From an uncultured Actinomycetes bacterium (GTDB lineage: Bacteria; Chloroflexota; Dormibacteria; CF-121), in the NCBI GenBank assembly GCA_964601135.1, contig CAZRMD010000005.1, forward strand, positions 1 to 41,724: a DNA stretch of 41,724 bases. Reading direction: 5' to 3'. Shown piece by piece: positions 1 through 9,086 of this stretch; the first letter of the stretch is position 1; each line of letters starts with the position of its first letter. Both the position numbers and the translations under genes were made by a program. The notes under the pieces were generated by a model. It worked only from the letters and a program-made list of their open reading frames with translations. It did not search any database and had not been told where the DNA came from.

Positions 1-856
1 AGCGAAATCGTATCGTGTCCCCAGGCCGCGCCTGCGCCAGCAAGGGCAGGTCGGCGCGAATCACGGTCGCGATCACGGGGTAGCCGCCGGTCGTCGGATG
101 ATCGACCAGCAGGGCGATCAGCTCGCCCGACGGCGTCACCTGGATCGCGCCGGCCGTGACCGGCGTTGTGAGAATTTCGCCCGCGTCGACGTGGAGGCCA
201 GGCGTTTCCAGGCGTAACCCCATGCGATCGACAGCAGGCGTGACCCGGCAGGCGGTGGCGCTCAAGCGGTCGAGCGTCCCGTCATCGAAGGCATCGGTAT
301 GCGGTCCAGCGAGCACGCGGATCTCCCAGGGGCCGCGCAGGGGCAGACGGTGGGACACCGGCCATGCCTTGGTGAGTGGCTCTGCCGCCGTCAGCTTGCC
401 GATCGCCACCTGGTCGCGCTGACGTAGCGCGCGGCCAAAGCCACCGCCGAACGCGCCGCGGGCGCAAAGCGACCGGCTGCCCAGCACCTTTGGGACCTCG
501 AGTCCTCCACGGACCGCGATGTATGCCCGCAGCCCGGGAGCCACCGGACCGAGGTTCAATAGGGAACCCTTCGCGATGGCGCTTGCCGACCAACCTGCCT
601 GCCCGGTCCAACCGCTGACCACCTGACAGTCGCCGCCGGTAATGGCGATGGTGCAATCCCGGTGAAAACGCAAGGTTGGGGCAACGGCCGTGGCTTCAAA
701 GAGCGCCGCGTCAGGACGATTGCCAACGAGCCGGTTCCCCACCGCCGCGGCGAACCAGTCGGCGGCGCCGCCCGGCGGAACGCCGAAGGATTCAAGTCCG
801 GGTCGACCATCGTCCTGGATCGACGTGTATCGGCCTGGGTCGACGACCTCGATCAC
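1..856 (-). CDS. pxpC: 5-oxoprolinase subunit C / KipA-type protein (allophanate hydrolase subunit 2 family); C-terminal part runs off the window
   Basis: Manual minus-strand translation from the GTG at 856 (GTGA overlap with the pxpB stop) gives VIEVVDPGRYTSIQDDGRPG...HPTTGGYPVIATVIRADLPLLAQARPGDTIRF, typical of KipA/PxpC. It is absent from the ORF track because it leaves the window. Confidence 0.8.
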   Translation of the reverse strand, partial: MIEVVDPGRYTSIQDDGRPGLESFGVPPGGAADWFAAAVGNRLVGNRPDAALFEATAVAPTLRFHRDCTIAITGGDCQVVSGWTGQAGWSASAIAKGSLLNLGPVAPGLRAYIAVRGGLEVPKVLGSRSLCARGAFGGGFGRALRQRDQVAIGKLTAAEPLTKAWPVSHRLPLRGPWEIRVLAGPHTDAFDDGTLDRLSATACRVTPAVDRMGLRLETPGLHVDAGEILTTPVTAGAIQVTPSGELIALLVDHPTTGGYPVIATVIRADLPLLAQARPGDTIRFR

Positions 857-1491
857 GCCGAACGGGGAACAAAGCGGATGCGATCGCCGGGCTTCAATCG
901 CGCCGGTGGTGTCGCGCCGACATCGAAGAGCTGGACATCCGTGCGCCCGATCAGGTTCCAACCGCCCGGGCTCTCCACGGCATAGACCCCGGTCTGCCGC
1001 CCGGCGATCCCGACCGAGCCCGCCGGAACCCTGGTCCGCGGAGTCGTCCGTCGAGATACAGAAAGCTCAGCCGGCAGCTCGCCGCAGTAGGTAAACCCAG
1101 GCGCGAACCCGATGCAGTAGACGAGAAACTCGTGCTTGGCGTGGACCTCGATGACGTCGTTGACCGCCAGGCTGGTCTTTGCGGCGACCTCCTCTAAATC
1201 AGGTCCGTCGTAGCGCGTTGGGATCTCGAGCGTGGTCCCCGTCGTCAGTGACGGTTCCAGCTTGCCCTCGAAGGCCCGGATTCGCTGCTCCAGGCTTGGG
1301 CCGTCCGTCTGTTCAGGATCGAAGCGGCACAGCAGCGAGGCATAAGCCGGCACCGTACTGATGAGGCCGCTCGGTCGCTGCTCTTTGAGTGCACGCTCGA
1401 GCGCGACGACCTCGCCGAGGAGTGCCGGGTCGATGGTGATACCGAGGATGATCAGGAGCGCCTGGTCACCGGCCGGCGCGATGCGCCACAT
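853..1491 (-). CDS. pxpB: 5-oxoprolinase subunit B / KipI-type protein (allophanate hydrolase subunit 1 family)
   Basis: The 212-aa ORF has family-typical segments (EIPTRYDGPDLEEVA, VYCIGFAPGFTYCG, VPAGSVGIAGRQTGVY, GGWNLIGRT). It is translationally coupled to pxpC. Confidence 0.85.
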   Translation of the reverse strand: MWRIAPAGDQALLIILGITIDPALLGEVVALERALKEQRPSGLISTVPAYASLLCRFDPEQTDGPSLEQRIRAFEGKLEPSLTTGTTLEIPTRYDGPDLEEVAAKTSLAVNDVIEVHAKHEFLVYCIGFAPGFTYCGELPAELSVSRRTTPRTRVPAGSVGIAGRQTGVYAVESPGGWNLIGRTDVQLFDVGATPPARLKPGDRIRFVPRSA

Positions 1492-1514
1492 TCCGTGGAC
1501 TGTACGGTAAGCGG

Positions 1515-2426
1515 ATGGACAACCGACTCTCCCCTGGATTCCGCGTCGGCCATTTCACGCATCCCGGGGGAGAAACCGGCTGCACCGTGATTCTTCCTCC
1601 GCGTGGCAACGTCTGCTCCTATGACCTGCGGGGATCCTCGCCGGGATCGCGCGAGCTCGCCTCGCTCGACCTGGAACGGCGGGCGACCGAGGTCCACGGC
1701 ATCCTCCTCACCGGCGGCAGCGCTTTTGGGCTGGCCGCCGCGGATGGCGTGATGGCCTGGCTGGAGGAACACCGAGTCGGTTATCAGACCGAGATCGCGA
1801 CGATCCCGGTGGTGCCGGCGGCTGTCATCTTCGACATGGGCGCCGCCAAATCACATGGCCGTCCCGACGCGGCGGCTGGCTACGCCGCATGCGAAGCTGC
1901 TGTCGAAGCGCCGGTCCAGGTCGGCAACGTCGGCGCCGGAACGGGGGCAACGGTCGGCAAGTGGGCAGGCCGGGAATTCCGCTCGCCGGGCGGCCTCGGA
2001 TTGGCGGTCATGGAACGGGACGGCGTCAGCCTCGCCGCGCTCGCCGTCGTCAATGCATTGGGCGATGTCATCGCCGAGGACGGATCGGTGCTGGCCGGTA
2101 CCACGGCGCCCAATCCGACCTTTCGTCCGCCACCGGCACCAACCGAGACTGCCGTCGCCAGTAACACGGTGCTGGCCGTCGTCACGACCAACGCCGCACT
2201 GGACAAGAGCCAGGTTCGATTCCTGGCAGCGCGGGGCTCTGATGGCATCACGAAGGCGATTCGTCCGGCGCACACGCGCTCTGACGGCGACGTCGTCTTC
2301 GCGGTCGCGGGTCGGCCGCCAGCCAGTGAACCACCGGCAAATCTCGACGTGCTCGGCGTCGTCGCGGCTGAGGCGGTGGCGACCGCGATCCGGAACGCAG
2401 TCAAACCGGAATTTCCTCAGCGTTGA
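1515..2426 (+). CDS. P1/S58 family peptidase (DmpA-like L-aminopeptidase/D-esterase)
   Basis: The 303-aa ORF has GFRVGHFTHPGGETGCTVIL, the GSAFGL motif and a TNAxLDK segment characteristic of the DmpA/S58 family. Confidence 0.8.
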   Translation: MDNRLSPGFRVGHFTHPGGETGCTVILPPRGNVCSYDLRGSSPGSRELASLDLERRATEVHGILLTGGSAFGLAAADGVMAWLEEHRVGYQTEIATIPVVPAAVIFDMGAAKSHGRPDAAAGYAACEAAVEAPVQVGNVGAGTGATVGKWAGREFRSPGGLGLAVMERDGVSLAALAVVNALGDVIAEDGSVLAGTTAPNPTFRPPPAPTETAVASNTVLAVVTTNAALDKSQVRFLAARGSDGITKAIRPAHTRSDGDVVFAVAGRPPASEPPANLDVLGVVAAEAVATAIRNAVKPEFPQR

Positions 2427-3643
2427 CCCCGGCCACCAGGCGCGTGGCGGTGGGCACGCTGGTCCTTCTTTATGCGGCGGCCTGGGCAATTGGCGGTGCG
2501 CTGTGGACCTCCCCGCCAAGCGACCTCGACAATTTTTTGCTGCCGGCTTCCCGCATCGCGCTTGATGGTCACCCGCTGGACATCTACAGAGTCCGGTTTC
2601 AAGACATCTACCCGAATGACAACGGACCCGTGAGCCTGGCGCCGGTAACGGCGGTGGCTGGGCTCGCGTCCTGGCTCGGCTGGCTGGCCGACGAGCGATT
2701 CCGGCGGGCGATTATCGCCGCGGCGTTCTCGATCTTCAGCCTGCTGATGGCACGGGAAGCGGTGATGGCGATCGACCGGTTGCGGGGGACTCGCCTGGCC
2801 GGGCGCTCGCGACTCTTGACCTACGCCGTCTTCGCGGCCTCTCCCACGCTGTGGCAGGGCGTGCTCGGGTATGGCCATGTCGACGTTCCCATCACGATCT
2901 GGTTGCTCCTCTATGCGGTTCGCTCGCTTGCCACCGACCAGCCGTTGAAAGCGGGCTTTGGCTTCGGGGTCGCCGTGCTGACGCGAAGCATTGCCGCGCT
3001 GGAAGTGATTCCCCTCGCCCTCCTGCTGCTGGCGAGGCGTCGCTGGCGGACGGTGACCTGGATGAGCGGGATCACCGCGCTGACGGTTTTGCTTGGATTG
3101 CTACCGTTCCTGCTCGCCGATCGAACCAACGTGCTGTACTCACTCGTCACGAGCCGGGCCAACCTCCCCATGGTCAACGGGTCGTTGTGGCAACTGGTCA
3201 GGGCGACACCCTACGAGTGGATCGCCCAACGAAACGATCTGCTTTTCATCGTTGGGGCCGCGGCTGTTCTCAGTGTCATCATCATCCGCGCCCGGGATGA
3301 TCTGACTCCGGGATCAAGGGATGTCTATGGATTACTGACGCTGTCGGCGCTCACATTGCCCTTGCTCGCGAAGAGCGTGTGGCCGTATTACTTCACGGAG
3401 GCCTACGTGTTCGCAGCTGTTTGGTGGCTGGGACAGCCTGGCTCGCTGATCGCTGGGCGCCGCTGGATGGGGGCGGTACTCCCGATCGTCGTCACGATCG
3501 CCGCACTGGTCCCCGAGCTGGGCATCGCAGACAGCGGTCCAACTCCGCGGCTTCTCGAGGGCGTCGGGATAGGCCTGGTGCTGCTCGGCCTGATGCTGCT
3601 GGTGGTGTATCGGCTGGGCGCGCGCCGCTGGAGATTTGCTTAG
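2423..3643 (+). CDS. Polytopic membrane protein, GT-C-type glycosyltransferase-like (DUF2029/GT87-like)
   Basis: The 406-aa ORF has about 10 hydrophobic segments. Its N-terminal loop (DLDNFLLPASRIALDGHPLDIY...YPNDNGP) resembles GT87/DUF2029 mannosyltransferase-like proteins. The TTG start overlaps the upstream stop (TTGA). Confidence 0.5.
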   Translation: MTPATRRVAVGTLVLLYAAAWAIGGALWTSPPSDLDNFLLPASRIALDGHPLDIYRVRFQDIYPNDNGPVSLAPVTAVAGLASWLGWLADERFRRAIIAAAFSIFSLLMAREAVMAIDRLRGTRLAGRSRLLTYAVFAASPTLWQGVLGYGHVDVPITIWLLLYAVRSLATDQPLKAGFGFGVAVLTRSIAALEVIPLALLLLARRRWRTVTWMSGITALTVLLGLLPFLLADRTNVLYSLVTSRANLPMVNGSLWQLVRATPYEWIAQRNDLLFIVGAAAVLSVIIIRARDDLTPGSRDVYGLLTLSALTLPLLAKSVWPYYFTEAYVFAAVWWLGQPGSLIAGRRWMGAVLPIVVTIAALVPELGIADSGPTPRLLEGVGIGLVLLGLMLLVVYRLGARRWRFA

Positions 3644-3757
3644 GGCCAGTCCGAGTTAACCAGTTCTTGACTGAAAGAGCCGGTTCCCGTAGCCCTGAGC
3701 GGGAAGCGTTGGCACGTCTCGAGATGTGTTCTCGAGCTCACTGGAAGGGAGGTAACT

Positions 3758-5362
3758 ATGCGACTGTCGTCCTCTGTCCGTCGCCTCATAAGCGTCGTGG
3801 GGACCGCGGGTTTAGCTGCGCTGTCTGGCCTTTCTGGAGCGGGATCGGCGTCGACCGTCGCCTTCGCGGCCGGGCCCACGCAGAATTACCTGGTCGTGTT
3901 CAAGGCAGCACAGATTCCGCCCGGCCAGGCCGCGAAGTTTGCCCAGGCAGGCGGCCAGCTGATCACGACTTATGACCAGATCGGCGTCGCGCTGGTTCGC
4001 TCCAACAACGTGAATTTCCGAAATGCCGTACTGGCCGATGCCAATGTCGATGACGCATCATCGACCGCCGGCCTCGGCTACAAGCTGCCCGACGCCCAGG
4101 CCGGATCCGATTCAGACTCCGGGCCGCCACCAGGTGGCCTGCCAAATTCGCCCGCGACGGACAGCGATACCCTGTCGCCGTTGCAGTGGGATATGCGCCA
4201 GATCAAGACGCCACAGGCTCACGCCATCACGGGCGGCAGCCCCGCGGTGCTGGTGGGCGATATCGACACCGGGGTTGACTTCAACCATCCCGATCTGCGA
4301 CAGAACCTGGACGTCGCCGACAGCGCGAACTGCCTGAGCGGCACGGCGGTACCGGGGACTGCTGCGCAGGACGATCACGGCCATGGCACCCATACGGCGG
4401 GGACGATCGCGGCTGCTGCCAATGGAATCGGTATCGTCGGCGTCGCACCGAATGTCCACCTGGCGGCAATCAAGGCCGGAGATTCACAGGGATTCTTCTT
4501 CCCCGAAGCCGTCGTCTGCGCCTTCATGTGGGCGGGCACGCATCACATGGACGTGACCAACAACAGTTACTTCGCCGACCCCTGGTACTTCAACTGCCGG
4601 AATGACGCAACGCAACGGGCGATCTGGAAGGCCGAGGACCGCGCGATTCGTTTTGCGATGCAGGAGGGCGTAACCGTCGTCGCGGCCGAGGGTAACTTCA
4701 GCGATGACCTCGCGCATCCGACCCAGGACGTGATCAGCCCCGACACCAATCCCGCGCCCCCTCCGCGCCGGGTGACGAATGCCTGCGTCGTCATCCCGGT
4801 CGAGATTCCGGGCGTCATCGGGGTGACGGCCGACGGGAACCAGCGCCAGGATACATCCAATCCCAATAGCGGCTACCTGAAGTCGTTCTACTCGAACTAC
4901 GGTGTCAGCGTGACCCAGGTCGTCGCGCCTGGCGGCGACAGCATCTTCGGAAGGACGGCTGAAGCGCCGAACGGCCGCGTCCTTTCTACCTGGCCGCCGA
5001 ACATTCCCTGCCGGCGGAGCAAGAAAGAAACTGGTGACGTCGAGGAACCGACGGCCGGCTACTGCTACCTGCAGGGAACGTCGATGGCCTCGCCGCACGT
5101 GACCGGGGTCGCCGCGCTGATCATCAGCCAATTCGGTGAGGCATCCAGCAACAAGGGCAAGCTGAACCCCGGCCAGGTCGAGGCTTTCATCGATCAGACC
5201 GCTGATCCGCAGCCATGCCCCACGACGCTGCCGCCCGGCTACCTGGCGTTCACCTCGGTTAGCAATGGCGCGGTTCAGCAGTGCCAGGGTGGACCCGGCT
5301 ACAACAGTTGGTACGGCCACGGGCAGGTGGATGCGCTCAACGCCGTAACGCATACGCCCTGA
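3758..5362 (+). CDS. Secreted subtilisin-like serine protease (peptidase S8) with N-terminal propeptide
   Basis: A signal peptide is present (LISVVGTAGLAALSGLSGAGSA). The catalytic triad motifs are DTGVDFNHPDL, HGHGTHTAGTIAA and GTSMASPHVTGVAAL. A GGAAGGGAGG RBS lies upstream. Confidence 0.9.
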   Translation: MRLSSSVRRLISVVGTAGLAALSGLSGAGSASTVAFAAGPTQNYLVVFKAAQIPPGQAAKFAQAGGQLITTYDQIGVALVRSNNVNFRNAVLADANVDDASSTAGLGYKLPDAQAGSDSDSGPPPGGLPNSPATDSDTLSPLQWDMRQIKTPQAHAITGGSPAVLVGDIDTGVDFNHPDLRQNLDVADSANCLSGTAVPGTAAQDDHGHGTHTAGTIAAAANGIGIVGVAPNVHLAAIKAGDSQGFFFPEAVVCAFMWAGTHHMDVTNNSYFADPWYFNCRNDATQRAIWKAEDRAIRFAMQEGVTVVAAEGNFSDDLAHPTQDVISPDTNPAPPPRRVTNACVVIPVEIPGVIGVTADGNQRQDTSNPNSGYLKSFYSNYGVSVTQVVAPGGDSIFGRTAEAPNGRVLSTWPPNIPCRRSKKETGDVEEPTAGYCYLQGTSMASPHVTGVAALIISQFGEASSNKGKLNPGQVEAFIDQTADPQPCPTTLPPGYLAFTSVSNGAVQQCQGGPGYNSWYGHGQVDALNAVTHTP

Positions 5363-5380
5363 TCAGTCGTCGATAGACCG

Positions 5381-5414
5381 GACCTGGCCCTCCTTAGTTC
5401 GGGAGGGTCAGGTC
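5381..5414 (+). terminator. GC-rich hairpin between convergent genes (putative intrinsic terminator)
   Basis: gacctggccctcc / ggagggtcaggtc forms a 13-bp stem with one G-U pair and an 8-nt loop, followed by GATTTG. It lies between the S8 protease stop (5362) and the LLM oxidoreductase stop (5423). Confidence 0.45.
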
Positions 5415-5422
5415 GATTTGCC

Positions 5423-6289
5423 CTAGCGCGTCAGGGCAACAAGCGTGCTGCGGAGGTCGGCCAGCGATTCGGCCGCTGCGGCAGCGACCCGCCCGTGATC
5501 GGGACCCTGGCAGTTGATGATGTGCTCGGTGAAACCGGCTTCGGCGTAGCGGGAGATGCGATCGATCAACGCGGTCCGCTCCCGCCCATCCCAGACGTAC
5601 TGTGCCGACCAGCGGATCTGCGCGGGGTCTCGGCCGATCTTCTGGCAAGCCTCCTCGAGCTTGCGGCCCAGCTCGGCCGCCGCCTCCCCGGTGGACACGC
5701 CGGTGACGTTCCAGACGTCCGCGTAGCGGGCGACGAGGGATAACATCTGGTCCCCGCCGGCGCCGATCCAGATCGGTGGATGCGGCTTTTGGATTGGCCT
5801 GGGGTTGCCGATCGCGTTGTCGAAGTGGTAATAGCGACCCTGAAGCGTCGTCCGCTCCCTGGTCCACAGGGAGATGATGGCTTCGAGCGACTCCCGGAGC
5901 CGCCCCACTCGATGATCGAGGCCCTCGATGCCGTACATCTGATGTTCGGCTTCGGCCCAGCCGGCGCCGATGCCAAATTCCAGCCGGCCGCCGGAGAGAT
6001 GATCGACGGTGACTGCCATCTTGGCCAGCACCGCTGGATGACGGTAGGTGTTGCCGGTCACCAGACAGCCGAACCGCACCCGCTTGGTCGAGGCGGCGAT
6101 CGCCGCCAGCAGCATCCAGCCTTCATAAATGGGTCGATCCGTGCCGTCAGCGCCGATCGAGGCGAAGTGATCGAAATCCCAGACGTGATCGAAGCCCGCC
6201 TCGTCGGCGATCCGCCAGACGTCCTTGAGTCCCTGGATGGTCGTTGCCATGCCGGAATTTTTCAGCCCGAATCGCAATGGCTTTTCCAT
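5423..6289 (-). CDS. LLM-class (luciferase-like) F420-dependent oxidoreductase
   Basis: The ORF is typical of luciferase-like monooxygenase / F420-dependent oxidoreductases (FDHVWDFDHF, GRLEFGIGAGW, HPPIWIGAGG). The start is set at the internal MEKPLRFG (ATG 6289). Confidence 0.8.
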   Translation of the reverse strand: MEKPLRFGLKNSGMATTIQGLKDVWRIADEAGFDHVWDFDHFASIGADGTDRPIYEGWMLLAAIAASTKRVRFGCLVTGNTYRHPAVLAKMAVTVDHLSGGRLEFGIGAGWAEAEHQMYGIEGLDHRVGRLRESLEAIISLWTRERTTLQGRYYHFDNAIGNPRPIQKPHPPIWIGAGGDQMLSLVARYADVWNVTGVSTGEAAAELGRKLEEACQKIGRDPAQIRWSAQYVWDGRERTALIDRISRYAEAGFTEHIINCQGPDHGRVAAAAAESLADLRSTLVALTR

Positions 6290-6431
6290 GCTGCACAGCG
6301 TATCGTGCCGACAGCGCAACCGAGCTCAATCGATCTCGGGGAATCCGGTAGCATACGCCTCGCGGTCGCGTGGGGCGCCGCCGAGACCGCTTCCGATCAC
6401 GGCGCCAAGTCCGCCCTGGGAGGGGAATTCC

Positions 6432-7433
6432 ATGCTCGGAAAGCGCTCGCTTTTATCGTTACTCATCCTTCCCGCGCTGCTGCTGGCGGCCTGCGGTTCG
6501 CAATCGACGGGGACAGGTTCGTCCGCCAAGTACACGGGAACCATCCATATCGCCTCGTCGACCTGGACCGGGTACGCGCCCCTGTACATCGCCACCTCGA
6601 AGGGCATCTGGAGCAAACACGGCCTCAACGTGGATTTCACGGACGTCGAGGACCCGGTCCAGCGTCTGAATGCCCTGAACGCCGGCCAGCTGCAGGGGAT
6701 GGCGTCGACCGTTGATGCCTTCGCTCGCGCTCAATCGCAGGGGGTGCCAGCGGTTGAGATCTTGCCGATCGACGCCTCGGTTGGCGGAGACGGCATCCTG
6801 GCCAAAAACACGATTCAGAGCGTCAAGGACCTGAAGGGCAAGACGGTTGCCGTCAACCAGGGTTCCGTCTCGGAGTGGTTCCTGGCCCAGGTCCTGAAGA
6901 AGAACGGGATGTCCCTCTCCGATGTCACGGAGGAGAACATGACCTCCGGCAACGCCGGCTCGACCTTCGTCGCGGGCCGAGTCGATGTGGCGGTCACCTG
7001 GGAGCCCTGGTTGACGCGGGCCTCGAAGACCGCGTTCGGGCACGTGCTGGTGTCGTCGGCACAATACCCGGACCTGATCATGGACTCGTTTGCCTTCCGC
7101 AAAGACTTCATCAGCAAGTACCCGGGCTCGGTGTCCGACTTCGTCAAGGCGTATTACGAGGCCGTCAACTATCTGCAGACCAATCCGGATGACGCCCAGG
7201 CCGTCGTCGGTACCGCCGTCAAAGAGTCGGCAGCGGACGTCAAGGGCGACCTGAGCACGATGAAGATCTTCGGGCTGAGTGATGCCAAGCAGATCATGGG
7301 GACATCGAGCAGCCACGGCAAGATCTACGACAACGTCAAGGCCGCCGCCGACTTCTGGAAGCAGCAAGGAAAGATCAGCAGCACGGTGGATCCCGACGAC
7401 GCGGTGAACCCAACCTTCATCCAGAACGCCTGA
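6432..7433 (+). CDS. ABC transporter substrate-binding lipoprotein, NitT/TauT (NMT1/SsuA-like) family
   Basis: The start is the ATG at 6432, preceded by a GGGAGGGG RBS. Lipoprotein signal: MLGKRSLLSLLILPALLLAACGS. The body is NMT1/SsuA-like (IHIASSTWTGYAPLYIA, GKTVAVNQGSVSEW). Confidence 0.8.
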   Translation: MLGKRSLLSLLILPALLLAACGSQSTGTGSSAKYTGTIHIASSTWTGYAPLYIATSKGIWSKHGLNVDFTDVEDPVQRLNALNAGQLQGMASTVDAFARAQSQGVPAVEILPIDASVGGDGILAKNTIQSVKDLKGKTVAVNQGSVSEWFLAQVLKKNGMSLSDVTEENMTSGNAGSTFVAGRVDVAVTWEPWLTRASKTAFGHVLVSSAQYPDLIMDSFAFRKDFISKYPGSVSDFVKAYYEAVNYLQTNPDDAQAVVGTAVKESAADVKGDLSTMKIFGLSDAKQIMGTSSSHGKIYDNVKAAADFWKQQGKISSTVDPDDAVNPTFIQNA

Positions 7434-7434
7434 G

Positions 7435-8298
7435 ATGAGCGAGCGGGTCAGCGCGACCCGCTCGCCTTCGGCGTCGCCCGCCGCGCCACGGCGGCGCCGT
7501 GGGTTTCTCGCGACCTATCTCACGCCCAAGCGATCGATCCCGCGCTCGACCATCCTCCTGCTGGGCATTGCCGGGTTCGTGGTGATCGTGGCGGTCTGGT
7601 GGCTGATCGCCCTGTTGACGGACAATGTCTCGCTGGTCCCCTTCCCCCAATCGATCGTTCCGGCCTGGATCGACATGGTCTTGCATCAGGGCTTTCTCGC
7701 CGACATGGCGTGGAGCACCTTTAGGATCGTGGCGGGCTTCGCGCTCGCCGCGCTGGTCGCCGTCCCGTTGGGTCTGCTGATGGGCTCGTTCGAGATCGTT
7801 CGCGCGTTCTTCCAGCCGCCGATCAACGCCATTCGATACATGCCGGCCTCCGCTTTCATCCCGCTGCTCATCCTGTTGCAGGGACTCGGTGAGAACGAGA
7901 AGTTGACCGTCATCTGGATCGGCGTCTTCTTCCAGCTCGTCCTGATGGTGATGGACATCGCCCACCGGGTGCCGGATGAGATGCTGAACGTCGCCTACAC
8001 GCTGGGCGCGTCGCGGTGGACCGTGTTTCGCAAAGTCTTCCTGCCGGCGACCTTGCCCGAAGTGGTCGACGCGCTACGGATCACGATCGGCTGGGCGTGG
8101 ACCTACCTGATCGTGGCCGAACTGGTTGCGGCGCAAGCGGGCATCGGCAACTTCATCTTGATCCAGGAGCGCTACTTCCGGCCTGATCGGATCATTGCCG
8201 CCATCCTAACGATCGGCGTGCTGGGCCTGATCACGGACTCTCTTTTTGCCCTCTATCACCGCTGGGCCTTCCCCTATGTCGAACGGGTGCATGCATGA
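7435..8298 (+). CDS. ABC transporter permease, NitT/TauT family
   Basis: The 287-aa ORF has 6 predicted TM segments and a BPD-type permease EAA-like loop (AYTLGASRWTVFRKVFLP). It starts 2 nt after the SBP stop. Confidence 0.85.
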   Translation: MSERVSATRSPSASPAAPRRRRGFLATYLTPKRSIPRSTILLLGIAGFVVIVAVWWLIALLTDNVSLVPFPQSIVPAWIDMVLHQGFLADMAWSTFRIVAGFALAALVAVPLGLLMGSFEIVRAFFQPPINAIRYMPASAFIPLLILLQGLGENEKLTVIWIGVFFQLVLMVMDIAHRVPDEMLNVAYTLGASRWTVFRKVFLPATLPEVVDALRITIGWAWTYLIVAELVAAQAGIGNFILIQERYFRPDRIIAAILTIGVLGLITDSLFALYHRWAFPYVERVHA

Positions 8299-9086
8299 GT
8301 GAGATCCGCCTGATCGATGTGGCGATGCGCTTCACGAGCCGGAAACGGCAGGTCCAGGCGCTGGAGCGGATCTCGTTGACGGTCCCGGATGGCCAGTTTG
8401 CCTGCATCGTCGGGCCTTCGGGTTGCGGCAAGTCGACGCTCCTGATGGTGGCCGCCGGATTGGTCGAGCCCACGGAAGGGGAGGTACTCGTCGACGGCCG
8501 GCCCGCCACCCAACCTGGAGCGGACCGCGGCATGGTGTTCCAGTCCTATTCGCTCTATCCCTGGCTTTCGGTCCGGCACAACATCGAATTCGGACTGGGG
8601 ATCAAGAAAGTGCCGAAGCCTGGGCGGCTCCAACGGTCGAGCGAGCTCATCAGGTTGATGAAGCTCGACGGTTTTGCCGACGCCTATCCGAAGGCGCTCT
8701 CGGGCGGGATGAAGCAGCGGGCCGCCATCGCCCGAGCCCTGGCAAACGATCCGCAAGTCTTATTGATGGATGAGCCCTTCGGCGCCCTGGACGCGCTCAC
8801 CCGCCAGATCATGCAGGAAATGCTCACCGACCTGTGGCAGCGCTATCGGAAGACGGTCATCTTCGTAACCCATGACATCGACGAGGCCGTCTTTTTGGGT
8901 GACGTCATCTATATCATGACCAACCGCCCGGGTAGGATCCGCACCACGCTGCAGGTCGATCTTCCGCGGCCCCGAACCTTCGAGATGGTGAGCACCGAGA
9001 AGTTTGCGGGGTTGCGCAACCAGGTGGTGGGCATCATCCACGAGGAGAGCCTGAAGGCGGTGGAGTCCGAGCTGGCGCGTGCCTGA
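8295..9086 (+). CDS. ABC transporter ATP-binding protein, NitT/TauT family
   Basis: Motifs: Walker A GPSGCGKST, signature LSGGMKQR, Walker B LLMDEPFGALD. An ATGA overlap joins it to the permease gene. Confidence 0.9.
   Translation: MSEIRLIDVAMRFTSRKRQVQALERISLTVPDGQFACIVGPSGCGKSTLLMVAAGLVEPTEGEVLVDGRPATQPGADRGMVFQSYSLYPWLSVRHNIEFGLGIKKVPKPGRLQRSSELIRLMKLDGFADAYPKALSGGMKQRAAIARALANDPQVLLMDEPFGALDALTRQIMQEMLTDLWQRYRKTVIFVTHDIDEAVFLGDVIYIMTNRPGRIRTTLQVDLPRPRTFEMVSTEKFAGLRNQVVGIIHEESLKAVESELARA

Noticed and set aside
3644-3757. TTGACT and duplicated CTCGAG sites upstream of the S8 protease as a promoter or operator
   Set aside because: No acceptable -10 hexamer lies at proper spacing, and the repeats are only 6 bp (a self-complementary hexamer occurring twice).
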